The notes beneath the pieces were generated by a model, which ran no database searches, was not told where the DNA came from, and was given only the letters and a program-made list of their open reading frames with translations. Below, piece after piece: positions 10,601 to 22,457 of a DNA stretch of 38,192 nt. Position 1 is the first letter of the stretch; every line of letters starts with the position of its first letter. A program made the translations under genes and the position numbers. This DNA is from Jimgerdemannia flammicorona (lineage: Eukaryota): assembly GCA_003990765.1 (NCBI GenBank), contig RBNJ01000167.1:1-38192 (forward strand), given 5' to 3'.

Positions 10601-13528
10601 AGATGGTGAAGAGAGGGCATTTCTTGGCCAATTTCTTGAGTTGTAGCTTATTGATGTGGGTGATCTTTGGTCCAGGGTCACTAGAATTAAGTGGGTCCTT
10701 TTCGCCTTGCAGTTTGAAGTTATGGCGTCCTTTCTTGATGGTCAGAGAATGGTTTACCCAATCAATCATGTGGTTCTCTTGTTTTAACCATAGAGTCCCA
10801 AGGATGATTTCATTGTCAGGAAGTGGTATGATTTGAAGGGTAACATGTACTCGGTAGTTGCCAATTCAGAAGGGTAGATTGCAGACTTCTTTGCTAATAA
10901 CATGTGAGGTTCCATCAGCTGTAGCAACTGCTTGAGTTTGCTGTACTGGGGAGGTAAAGACCTTGAGTCTGTTGGCTGTCTCTTCATTAATGAAGTTGCC
11001 TGAGGCACCACTGTCTATCATAATATTGACAGGTGCTCCGTTGACAAAAGCCTTAAGGGTGAGCAGTTTGTCTGATCTGATAGTGGTGATTTCAGTTGTA
11101 GGAGCCTTTCTTCTGTTGGTTCTTCTTTGAGCTAGTTCATTGAAACAAGAGAAGCAATCATCAATCATTCAGGAAGAGTACATTCCAATACTATAAGGGC
11201 ATCAGCCACTTGGTACATATCCATCTTCTATCTTCTTGTAGAATTGTTCTTCTTTGCTCATAGTAGGTTGGGCTGGGGCCTTGTTTGATGAGCCAAATCC
11301 TTTGGATCCTCAGATGGTGGGTAGTAGTTCAGGGACTTCCTTGACTATCAGGGTTGACTTGATTTTTTGAATAGGATCTGGATAATGCAGAAGCCAATAG
11401 GGATCTTGAAGGGTGTCCAACTGTGATTTTGAATGAGGACAATGATTTCGCCTATGTAATCTTCATCAATGACTCCTCTTTCTACTGAGAGTCCTTTTAG
11501 TGCTAGGCTGCTGCGACAGCATATTCTTCCAACATGTCCTTCAGAGATTTGGATACTGATTCCTGTATAGACTTGTTTGACTTCTCAGTTGGAAACTTTA
11601 GCTTCTTTGGCTGCATACAGGTCATATCCAGCTGCTTTTTAACTTCCTTTGGTTGGGGCCTTAGCAGTTTGTCTTAACTTGACAAAGTCTAGTATTCTGG
11701 TGGTCAGGTTGTTGAGGTGGTGAAGAGTGGTAACAGTTGCTCATATTGCTGTTCAGGGTTTTCGGTTAGGGCAGGCACTGGCCATATGTCCTGTCTTTTG
11801 GTAATAGAAACATGCTCCGCTTCTTCAAAGTTCATTCCTTTCACCTTCAGTAAGTTTCTTGAAGGTACTGGGCTAGGTGGGTTCAGGATTTCTGGGTGTC
11901 CAAGAGGTGGATGTGGAGGGAGCTCGGGATGCTTCATGCTTGGGTTCTTCTTTCTTGGTCCAAGTCCTTTCCTTGTTATTAAATTGTCTTTGGGGCAGAA
12001 TTGGTCTAGCTGTTAGAATTCACTTGACCATGGTCTTGATTCTTGCCAGGCACTATTGTTGGTGATCACAACCAACTGGGCAGCCTTGTTCTTGGATTTT
12101 TCTAGTAAGCCATTCAGGCAGGGCATCAAATAAATTGTCTACTCTTATACCATTTTGTGCTTTATCATTGGTGATGTATCCTAGGGCAACAGTGTTCAGG
12201 AGTGACTCGAGTTTTGTACAGAAGGTTTCAAATTCTTCTTTGCCATATACATCAAATTTGAGGTTACAGAGTTTTACTCGAGATTCAGCAATCATGAGTT
12301 GTTTGAGTCCAGGGGCTGCAGGATGGGCTCCATATCCTGGGGCATTGTTTGCTGCATTCTGAGCAACTACTGTAGGTCGGGTATCCCATGTAAGGGGTTT
12401 TTTAGGAAGGGTTTGCCACCATTCTTTGGCAGGTCCTTGGAAGAATATAACAACTCAGTGGACATAGGCTGTAGTGGTAGCAAAGAGTTGTTCCAGGGTG
12501 TGGTCTTGATTGTTTGTCAGAATGCGGTTGGCAATTCGCTCATTAGTCCATTGATTGGCTTCGAAGTTGGTGTCAACTATACTAATGAAGCTTTGGACTT
12601 CTTGTGCAGTACTATTGAAGGTAGATAGACTCAGATTTTTGGTAGGTCGGGTCTGTTCAGCTAAGGCAGTAATAGTTACTGCCATTATAGCTACTTGGGC
12701 TGTGAGATCAAGAATCTGTTGGTTTGCCATGTTGATTGCTGGAGGTAGTTGGACTGCTGGTAGTGGTGTAGAGTGTGATGGGGTTCTTTGGGTCTGTGTA
12801 AGTTGCTGGAGTAGTAGTTGTGGATCTGGAGTGAGGGCTTGATAGATAGCTGTTTGTTGCTGTGTAGATGTATTCTGTCCTGATGGACGTATGTCTCCTT
12901 TAGTGGTGTATCTAGGATCGAATTCAGTGAGATACTCCTCCTCTTCTTCGGTTTGGTCCCCATATAATTGGGTTTGCTTAGCATCAAAGTAGACAGAATC
13001 AGTTGTATATCTGATTTCAGATGGACTTAATTCAAAGTCAAGTTTAGGTTTGGTGTTGGTTTCAGATTCAGGTAGGGCTGTAGCAGGGCCTGCTTCAGGT
13101 TCAGGGTCAGGTAGTTGATGAAGGGTTTCTCTTGCTTCTTCTTTAAGGATATGGTGGGTCTTGCTGTTCTGGAATCGGTAGTATAAGGCAGTCTTGGTCC
13201 TGGTGTGGTGAAAGTCGGTAGAGTTGAGCCACTTGGCTACAGAGGCTTAGGCTTCATGAGGAACTAAGGCTAGAAAGACTGCTGCTGGTTGTCCTAGATC
13301 ACTCGGATTTGTGGAGCTGACAAAACTCTTGTTGAGAAGAGTAAAGAAGGCTTCAATAAGACCTTCTTTGTCTTGGCTTGCTGGGTGTAGTGCAAGGAGT
13401 TCGGTGAATAGGGTTTCACCTATTTGCTGGTTTAACCGGAGTACTTCTTTCTTTGAATGAAGTTTATCCCACTTGTTGCAGGTGTGGAGGTCAAATTGTT
13501 CTTGTATGTCAGGTTCAATTCTCTTCAA
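7626..13528 (-). pseudogene. gag-dUTPase-pol polyprotein of copy A, disrupted
   Basis: IDSGAS protease, YIDD RT, TDASD RNase H, HHCC and DDE integrase, GPF motif, chromodomain. Multiple stops and frameshifts. 5' boundary uncertain. Confidence 0.92.
11286..11692 (-). pseudogene. dUTPase domain of copy A
   Basis: AAGYDL, GRICCRSS, VIDEDY, IIQI and KGFGSS remnants; contains stops and a frameshift. Confidence 0.88.
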
Positions 13529-13650
13529 ATTGTCAGATAGTTCAGAATAAATTCCAGTTCAGAGGTTGGGCTTTATACCAACTTGTAGGAATTCGCAGAG
13601 GGGTTTGTAGCGGGGTGAGGAAGCATCTTGAAGTGGAATTAGATTGTAAA

Positions 13651-13662
13651 CTGCTGCTACCA
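13651..13662 (-). other. Primer binding site, probably initiator tRNA-Met
   Basis: TGGTAGCAGCAG 3 nt after the 5' LTR, complementary to the ..GCTACCA 3' end typical of eukaryotic tRNAiMet. Decayed copy TGGTAGTAGTGG at 33862-33873. Confidence 0.75.
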
Positions 13663-13665
13663 AGT

Positions 13666-15411
13666 TGTAAGAGGGTTACTTTTTAGGGTAACCATTATGT
13701 AGTTCTGGAAAGGTTTTCTGGATATTCTGGATGTTCTGGAAGACCGTTTTCTTAAGGTCAAGATCAATTTTGTATGGAGTATGTCCTCTACACTTATTGA
13801 TTTCAAGATCAGATTGACATCCCAACCAAAGTCCTTTTTTTTGGACTAGTTCTGGATGTTCAGGATTTTCCGTATTTCAGGAAGTTCAAGAGACTAAGAC
13901 CAGCTTAGTTGAATTGGCATATCACTGCAGACAATACCCAATTAGGAAATTTCGTGATGGGGTTAGAAATGGGACCTAACAGGGGGTGGATTTACTTAAG
14001 AGTTGTTGTGGGTTATGGAATAGGTTTATTTGCTATTCATGATATTACTATGCTAGGAGTAGTTATGTAAAGGGATATGTGGGGAAGTATTCAGGAATGT
14101 TCTTGTGTGTTCAAGTCTGAGATTCTGAGGTCTGGGGGAGAGGGTATTTATACTAGTGAGGGGCTATCTGGACTATGCTAGATATGGATGTAGCACTAAG
14201 TGTCTTGCTGAGTCAGAATACAGTCACGTAGTACAAGTATGATCTGACATATCAAGAGATTGTCTGACTGCTGAGTCAGTTCACAGTCACGTCATATAAT
14301 GCTAATCTAACTATACTATGACTGCTAGGCTATTTATGGATTTAGGCGCTGTCTGGGTAGTCTTCGATAACATCACCATTGATTGCATTATCTCTGATGA
14401 AGTAGTCATCTAGGAAGAGTGGTTCGCGGATTACTTCTCTTTGTTCACTGAGGTAATAGTACATTGGAACTTCGTCTCCATTCCACAGGATAGCATTATC
14501 TGTCTCGTAGGCTAAATAAGGTGTTGGTGGATGAAGGATGGGTGTATTGTCTTCGCTTTCATCAGATTCACTGTCTGTGTACCTTCTATAGGTTACAGTA
14601 CTATGAGTTGCAGGATTGTAGTAAGCTGGTGGCTATGGTTCATATTGCTCATACTCAGGTGGTGGAGTGGTTGATTCAATCTCGAGGGTTGTCTGGAGGT
14701 ACAGGTTGTGTTCTTTGGTCTCTTCATTGTAGTTGAAGTAGTCGGGGGTGAATGCGGGTTGGTATTCGTACCAGTGGTCATTGTCCCAATAAGTCTTGTA
14801 TATAGTTATGAACTGTTGTAAGTTCGTTGGTAAGGTCGGCGGAGTGATCAGGGTTGGCAGAGATCCTTGGCTAGAGGTCATGTCAGCGTCAGAGGGATCA
14901 TTGTCTTCTGCTTCATCTTCATCAAAGTGGATTATATCATAGATGTCCTTCATGGCATATCCAACTTGGGGCATTTGCAGGATTTGATCATTGGGGTGTG
15001 GGAAGGTTCTGTCTGTGGTTTTGATGTACTCGAGGTACTTGTGGTTGAGTTCTTGTATCATGTCGTTGATTTGGCCATAAGACAGGGTAGCAACCATTTT
15101 GGCTGTAGTAACTCGGAGGTGGGGAATAAAGGTGCTATACTCATAGAAGAGTTCTTGATGTTTGTGGGTGATGAGCTTCTGGTGTTGAGACATCTGGATA
15201 ATGTCTGTATCATGGTGGTGTTCGACCATATCTTCCAGGAGGCAGCTGATCTGGTAGTAGCTTGAGATTTGTCCGATTCAGTGGGCCTCGCTAAGCATGT
15301 TCAGAGCATTCCATCAGGCTTCCATGAAGTAGAGTAGTGCCAGGCTATGGATATTCATGAGGGGTAGAGGGTGACGTATAATTTCAGTGGCTTGGAGGTT
15401 GTGTGCTTACA
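13666..15411 (-). repeat. 5' LTR of copy A (1746 bp), with disrupted LTR ORF (stop at 14342-14344)
   Basis: Direct repeat of 5466-7200, followed by the PBS. Confidence 0.95.
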
Positions 15412-16933
15412 GCCTACCTTCTAAACAAGCAGTAGACCATGCTATCACGACTATTTCTGATGCCAAACCAGCCTTCAAGTCAATCTACCATATATCTCTG
15501 AAAGAAATTGATATACTCAAGAAGGAAATTGATGAACTCCTAGAACAAGGATTCATCAGACCCAGTGTGTCACCCTATGGTGCACCAGTCCTTTTTGTTG
15601 TCAAGAAAGGAGGAGACTTATGAATATGTATTGATTACTATGACCTCAATGAATAGACCATCAAGAACTATTGCCCACTACCAAGAATTGATGAAATATT
15701 CGATAGACTTACCAACCCACAATTTATGAGCTCTTTTGACCTGTAAAATGGTTACTGGTAAATCACTATGAAAGAAGAAGATATCTACAAGACAGCCTTC
15801 TGAACTCACTATGGACACTTTAAATTCCTGGTTATGCCTTTTGGCTTAATTAATGCTCCAGCAACCCTCCAAACACTGATGAATACCATCCTGCACCCAT
15901 ACCTGGACAAATTTGTTGTTGTCTACATTGACAATATCCTAGTCTTCAGCAAAACCCTGGAGGAATACCTTGAATACCTTAAACTAGTATTACTGAAACT
16001 CTGTGAAAACTGACTCTTTGCAAAACTCAGCAAGTGTGAATTTCTCCTGAAGGAAATTCAATTTCTCAGACACATTATCACACTAAATAGAATCAAAGTG
16101 GACTCCAGCAAAATCTCCACAATCAAGGAATGGCCCAGACCAAAAAAGCTAAAAGACCTCTTGTCATTCCTGGGATTAGCAAATTATTACAGATAATTTG
16201 TTGCCAACTTTGCCAAAATCGCTACTGCTCTCACCCAAATGACCAAGCACAGCAAGAAAGAAGAACAGCCCTGGACCATGAAATAAGAGAAAGACTTCAA
16301 CAATCTTGCAAATTGAGGACCAGAACAAGATACAGCCTTTCAAGCACTGAAAGATGCCTTGATAACCACTCCAGTACTTTAAGCAGCAAATTTTGCCCTA
16401 CTATATGAAGTCACTACTAATACCTCTGACCTAGCCCTTAGAGTAGTACTTATGTAAGAAGGACACTCTGTAGCCTATCATTCCTGCAAGTTTAATAATG
16501 CTGAAATCAACTATGCAACTTATGAGAAGAAAATGCTAGCCATTGTAGATACTCTGATCAAATGGTAACTATATCAAAAAGGAGTACACTTCACTGTATT
16601 GACTGACCACAAGTCATTAGTCAATATCAAGACACAGGCTACCCTTTCTCAAAAGCAAGCCAGATGGATGAAAGTCCTCACCAACTTTGACTATAAAATT
16701 TAGTATCGTCCTGACAAGGAAAACATTGTTGCTGATGCAATATCCAGACCACCAATCAAAGAAGTTATCCAAACCCTCACCTTGGTTACCAATACTATTA
16801 TGGAATAAATTATTGTAGCATATACTGATGATAAGGAAGCTCAAGCACTTTGAGAAATTCTGAATAGTGATGATACTGACAAGCATACCCAGTACTATCA
16901 ATACCAACTCAAGAACAATGCCATCTACTACAA

Positions 16934-19014
16934 TGTAAGAGAGTTGCTTTTTATAGTAACTGTTACATAGTTCTGGAAGGATTTTCTGAAAGTTCTGGAT
17001 ATTCTGGAAGACTGTTTTCTTATGGTCAAGATCAATTTCATATGGAGTATATCCTCTATGCTTATTGATTTCAAGATTGGGTTGACATCTCAACCAAAGT
17101 CCTTTTTCAGACTAGTTCTGGATATTCAGGATTTTCCGTATTTCAGGAAGTTCAAGAAACTAAGACCAGCTTAGTTGAATTGGCATATCACTGCAGACAA
17201 TACCTAATTAGGAAATTTCATAATAGAGTTAGGAGTAGACCTAATGGGGAGTGGATTTACTTAAGAGTGGTTTGTGGGTTATTAAATAAGTTTATTCGTT
17301 ATTCATGATATTGCTATACTAGGAGTAGTTGTGTAAAGGAATATTGTAGGGAAGTGCTCAGGAGTTGTATTCAGATTGTTCAAGTGTTTAAGTCTTTCAA
17401 GTCTCAGATTCTGAGGTCTGGGAGAGTGGGTATTTATACTAGTGAGGGGCTATCTGGACTATGCTAAATATGGATGTAGTACTTAAGTGCTTTGCTGAGT
17501 CGGAATGCAGTCATGTAGTATAAGTGTGATCTGATATATCAAGAGATCAACTGACTGCTGAGTTAGTTCACAGTCATGTTATATAAGGCTAATCTAACTA
17601 TACTATGACTGCTAAGCTATTTATAGGTTTAGACACTATCTGGGTAGTCTTCAATGATATTACTATTGATGACATCATCTCTAATGAAGTAGTTATCTAG
17701 GAAGAGTGGTTTACGGATTACTTCTCCTTATTGGCTGAGGTAGTAATACATTGGGACTTCATCACCATCCCACAGAATAGCATCATCTGTCTCATATGCT
17801 GGATAAGATGTTAGTGGGCAAAGGTGTAGTGCATCATCTTCACTTTCATTGGTTTTGCTATCTACATACCTTCTATAGGTTACAGCACTATGAGTCATGA
17901 GATTATAGTAAGCTGGCGGCTGTGGTTTATGTCACTCGTACTCAGGTGGTAGAGTGGTTGGTTCAATCTTGAGGGTTGTCTGGAGGTATAGGTTGTATTC
18001 TCCAGTCTCTTCATTGTAGTTGAAGTAATCAGGAGTAAACATGGGTTGATATTCATATCAGTGGTCATTGTTTCAATAAGTCTCATATGCTGTTATAAAT
18101 TGTTGTAAGTTCATCAGCAAGATTGGTAGTGTGATCAGGGTTGGCAGGGATCCTTGACTTGAGGTCATGTCAGTGTCAGAGGGATCATTGTCTTCTGCTT
18201 TATCTTCGTCAAAGTAGATTATATCATAGATATCCTTTATGGCATATTCGACTTGGGGCATTTGCAGGATATGATCATTGGGGTGGGGAAAGGTTCTGTC
18301 TGTGGTTTTGACATACTCGAGGTACTTGTGATTGAGTTCTTATATTATGTTGTCGATTTGGCCATATGACAGGGTAGCAAACATTTCAGCTATAGTAACT
18401 CAGAGGTGGAGAATAACAGTGCTATATTTGTAAAAGAGTTCTCGGTATTTGTGGGCAATGAGTTTCTAGTGTTGAGACATCTGGGTAATGTCTGTATCAT
18501 GGTAGTGTTCGACCATGTCTTCCAGAAGGCAGTCAATCTGGTAGTAGCTTGAGATTTGTCTGATCTGGTGGGCCTCATTCAGCATGTTCAGAGTATTCCA
18601 TCAGGCTTCCATGAAGTAGAGGGGTGCTAGGCTATGGATATTCATGAGGGGCAGAGAGGGTGTAGCTCGGTTGATAATGGCATTCCAAATGTCAGCGTGG
18701 ATACAGTTGTAGATATCAGTGGTCATGTTTGTATGTTTGGAAGTTGTGGTTGTTGTTTGTTTTGGTTCTCTGTTCCAATACATCTCAGTACTCAGTATAT
18801 ATACATTTAGTCCTAATTGATAAGATTCTGTTTGTATGAATCTTGTATTCTGTGACTTTGTGTTGACTCAGCTTTGTACACTGTGACTTTGGTTTGACTC
18901 AGCTTCATGATCAAGCAGGTGATTTCCAGATTTGTTTGGAGGTCATGTATAATTTCAGTGGCTTGTGCAGAGAGTGACATGTGATTTCGGTGGCTTGGAG
19001 GTTGTGCACTTACA
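16934..19014 (-). mobile_element. Solo LTR (2081 bp) inserted in pol of copy B
   Basis: TGTAAG..CTTACA ends, perfect TSD TACAA (16929-16933 / 19015-19019), no internal domain. Confidence 0.95.
17629..18726 (-). pseudogene. LTR ORF copy in solo LTR (1098 nt)
   Basis: Runs from MTTDIYN to DYPDSV-stop; internal stops. Confidence 0.8.
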
Positions 19015-20862
19015 TACAAGGACAGACTGTATGTCCCAAACAACTGAGACCTCTGAAGGACTATCCTATTCGAATGTCATAATGCCCCTACAGTGGGACA
19101 TTTAGGATTTGACAAATGCTATGAAGTTATCTCCCAAAACTTCTATTGACCCTGTATGGCAGATCAGCTCAAAACCTACATCACTTCCTGTAATACCTGT
19201 CAACAAAACAAGTTCTCAACACTAGCAAAACCCAGCTTACTTCACTCTATTCCAGTACCATCCATGAATTGGGAACAAATCTCTATGGACTTTATTGTAC
19301 AACTACTCTGAACCAAGAATGGGAAAGATGCAATTGTTGTCTTTGTAGATTACCTCAGCAAACAAGCCCACTTTGTGCCTACTACCACTACTGCAACAGC
19401 ACTAGACATAGCCACACTCTTATTTGACAACATCTTCCACTATCATGGTCTTCCTAAGATCATTATTAGTGATCGAGACCCGAAATTCACTATCTATTTT
19501 TGGAAAGCCCTCCATGCATACCTTGGAACAAAACTTGCACTATCCACAGCCTTTCACCCAGAAACTGATAGCCAAACTGAAAGAATGAACTGAACTCTAG
19601 AATAAATACTAAAGAACTATGTTTCCTACAGATAAGATGATTGGCATGAACACCTGACCACAGTCAAGTTTGCCTATAACAACAGCAAGCAAGCCTCCCT
19701 AAAAATGACCCCATTCTTCGCCAACACTGGACAAAACCCAAACACCCCTTTGACACTTATCTGAACCACTGAAGAACCCTCCACAGTCGAAGCTGTTGAA
19801 GAATTCCTACTTTGAATACATAATCTGAGCCAGATCGCAATTGAGAATTTATCATGAGCTCAAGAACAACAGTCACAGTATGTTAACCAACACCACCAAG
19901 AAGAAACCTTTGACATTAGAGAAAAAGTTCTACTAGACATCCAAGGGTATCCAGTAGACAACCTGAAGCACAGACCATCTATGAAGCTGAATAGTAAGTT
20001 CATTGGACCATTCGAAGTCATCATACAAGTCTCTCCCACTTCCTACAAATTGGTGCTACCAGACACTATTAAGATTCACCCAGTCTTTAATGTTCAATAT
20101 CTCAAGTGATATAATGAAAACAATGATGAACTATTCCCAAACCAAACTACCAAACCACCTGCATCTGTCATTATTAATGATCAAGAAGAGTATGAAGTTG
20201 AACAAATCCTCAACAAACATGGCCACAAGAACTACCCTGAGTACCTTGTTAAATGGAAAGGTTATCTGATCCATAATGCAACCTGAGAACCCAAGACCAA
20301 TCTCCAGAATACTACTGACTTAGTTCAGGAATATGATTTCTTGAACAACTGAAATCCAAATACTCTAATACCTATCAGTATATAATATATATTACTCTCC
20401 TGAACATTATAATCATCACAAATGAAATCAAGAACTCAGCAAGTTAAGATATAAAAATACCAACTCTCTGGAAAAAATAGTAAAACTGAAAGCCAGTCTA
20501 TTCTCCCCATACCACTGGTGGAAAATGAGGCATAGATATTTAAGAAGATTCCTTAGAGGAAATTCTCTAGCAGTGAATGACATTAGAATCACTTCCAGTA
20601 TATAGCATTGAACACACAACCCTTTAACATATGAATCCAATACATTAGGCAACTGTACTATAAGCATGCCACTTTTTGAAAAAATGGACTTTATCAGACT
20701 TTTGATCTCCCAAACAGTGTAACAATACTAGAACAAAATTAGAAGGCCCCGATGAGGACGTCAAAAGCTAAGAAGGGGAGAGTTATAAGTATACAACCTT
20801 CAAGCCACCAAAATTACATGCAACCTCTGAATAAATCTGGAAATCACCTGCTCAGTCATAAA

Positions 20863-20970
20863 GCTGAGTCAAACTGAAGTCACAGTACACAAAGCTGAGT
20901 CAATATAAAGTCACAGAACACAAGATTTACACAAACAGAATCTTACTAATTAGGACCAAATGCATATATA
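20863..20970 (+). promoter_or_regulatory. Putative promoter of the LTR ORF (2x GCTGAGTCA plus TATATA)
   Basis: GCTGAGTCA at 20863 and 20894; TATATA at 20965-20970, ~70 bp before ATG 21041. Similar in other full LTRs. Motif evidence only. Confidence 0.45.
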
Positions 20971-21040
20971 CTGAGCACCAAGACATGTCGAACAGAGAAC
21001 CAAAACAAACAACAACTATAACTTCTGAATATACACAAAT

Positions 21041-22138
21041 ATGACCACTGAGATCTACAACTGCATCCATGCTGACATTTGGAATGCCATTGTCAATCGA
21101 GCCACACCCTCTCTGCCCCTCATGAATATCCATAGCCTAGCACCTCTCTATTTCATGGAAGCCTAATAGAATGTCCTGAATATACTTAATGAGGCCTACT
21201 GAATTGGACAAATCTCAAGCTACTATCAGATTGGCCATCTCCTAGAAGACATGGTTGAACACCATCATGACATGGACATTACCCAGATATCTCAACACCA
21301 GAAGCTCATTGCCCACAAACACAGAGAACTCTTCTATGAGTACAGCACCTTTATTCCCCACCTCTGAGTTACTATCAGTGAAATGGTTGCTACCCTGTCC
21401 TATGGCCAAATCGACGACATGATATAAGAACTCAACCACAAGTACCTTGAGTATGTCCAGACTACAGACAGAACCTTCCCACACCCTGATGACCACATCC
21501 TACAAATATCCCAAATCAGATATGCTATGAAGGATATCTATGATATAATCCAGTTCGATGAAGATAAAGCAGAAGATAATGATCCCTCTGACACTGATAT
21601 GACCTCAAGCCAAGGATCTCTGCTAATACTAATCACACTACCAACCTTGCCAATGAACTTACAATAGTTCATAACTACATATGAGGCTTATTGGGACAAT
21701 GACCACTGGCATAAATATCAACCTGCATTCACTCCCGATTACTTCAACTATAATGAAGAGACTGGAGAACACAACCTGTATCTCCAGACAACCCTCGAGA
21801 TTGAACCAACCACTCCACCACCTAAGTACAAGTAACATGAACCATAGCCACCAATATACTACAATCCCATAACTCATAGTGCTGTAACCTATAGAAGGTA
21901 TGCAGACAGCGAATCTGATAAAAGCAAAGATAATGTACCACTCCTTTACCCCCCAATACCTTATCCAGCATATGAGACAGATGATGCTATCCTGTGAGAT
22001 GGTGATGAAGTTCCAATATTTTATTATCTCAGTAAATAAGGAGAAGTAATCTGTGAACCACTCTTCCTAGATAACTACTTCATTAGAGATAATATCATCA
22101 ATGGTGATGTCATCAAAGACTACCCAGATAGTGTCTAA
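21041..22138 (+). pseudogene. LTR ORF copy in B 3' LTR (1098 nt)
   Basis: ATG ACC ACT GAG at 21041 to TAA at 22136-22138; internal stops. Confidence 0.8.
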
Positions 22139-22201
22139 ACTTATAAATAGCTTAGCAGTCATAGTATAGTTAGATTAGCCTTGTATGACATGACTGTGAA
22201 C

Positions 22202-22457
22202 TGACTCAGTAGTCAGATGATCTCTTGACATATCAGATCACACTTGTACTATGTGACTATATTCCGACTCAGTAAGGTACTTAGTGCTACATCCATATCT
22301 AGTATAGTCCAGATAGCCCTCACTAGTATAAATACCCCCTCCCCCAGACCTCAGAATATCAGACTTGAACAATCTGAACACAACTTCTGATTAATTTCTC
22401 ACAATATTCCTTTACACAACTACTCCTAGTATAGTAATATCATGAATAGCAAATAAA
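22202..22457 (+). promoter_or_regulatory. Putative main LTR promoter and poly(A) signal
   Basis: TGACTCA at 22202, TATAAAT at 22327-22333 (conserved in all six complete LTRs), AATAAA at 22452-22457. Confidence 0.55.

Larger units (their letters stand above)
5466..15411 (-). mobile_element. Full-length Ty3/gypsy (chromovirus-type) LTR retrotransposon copy A
   Basis: Two LTRs with TGTAAG..CTTACA ends, PBS, PPT, gag-dUTPase-PR-RT-RH-IN-chromodomain order, 5 bp TSD GTCTA (5461-5465) / GCCTA (15412-15416). Confidence 0.96.

Noticed and set aside
16617..17093. 158-aa ORF as a gene
   Set aside because: It is a chimera of the LTR U5 frame running across the insertion junction into the antisense strand of B pol; the same applies to 22657-22881 and 25265-25489.
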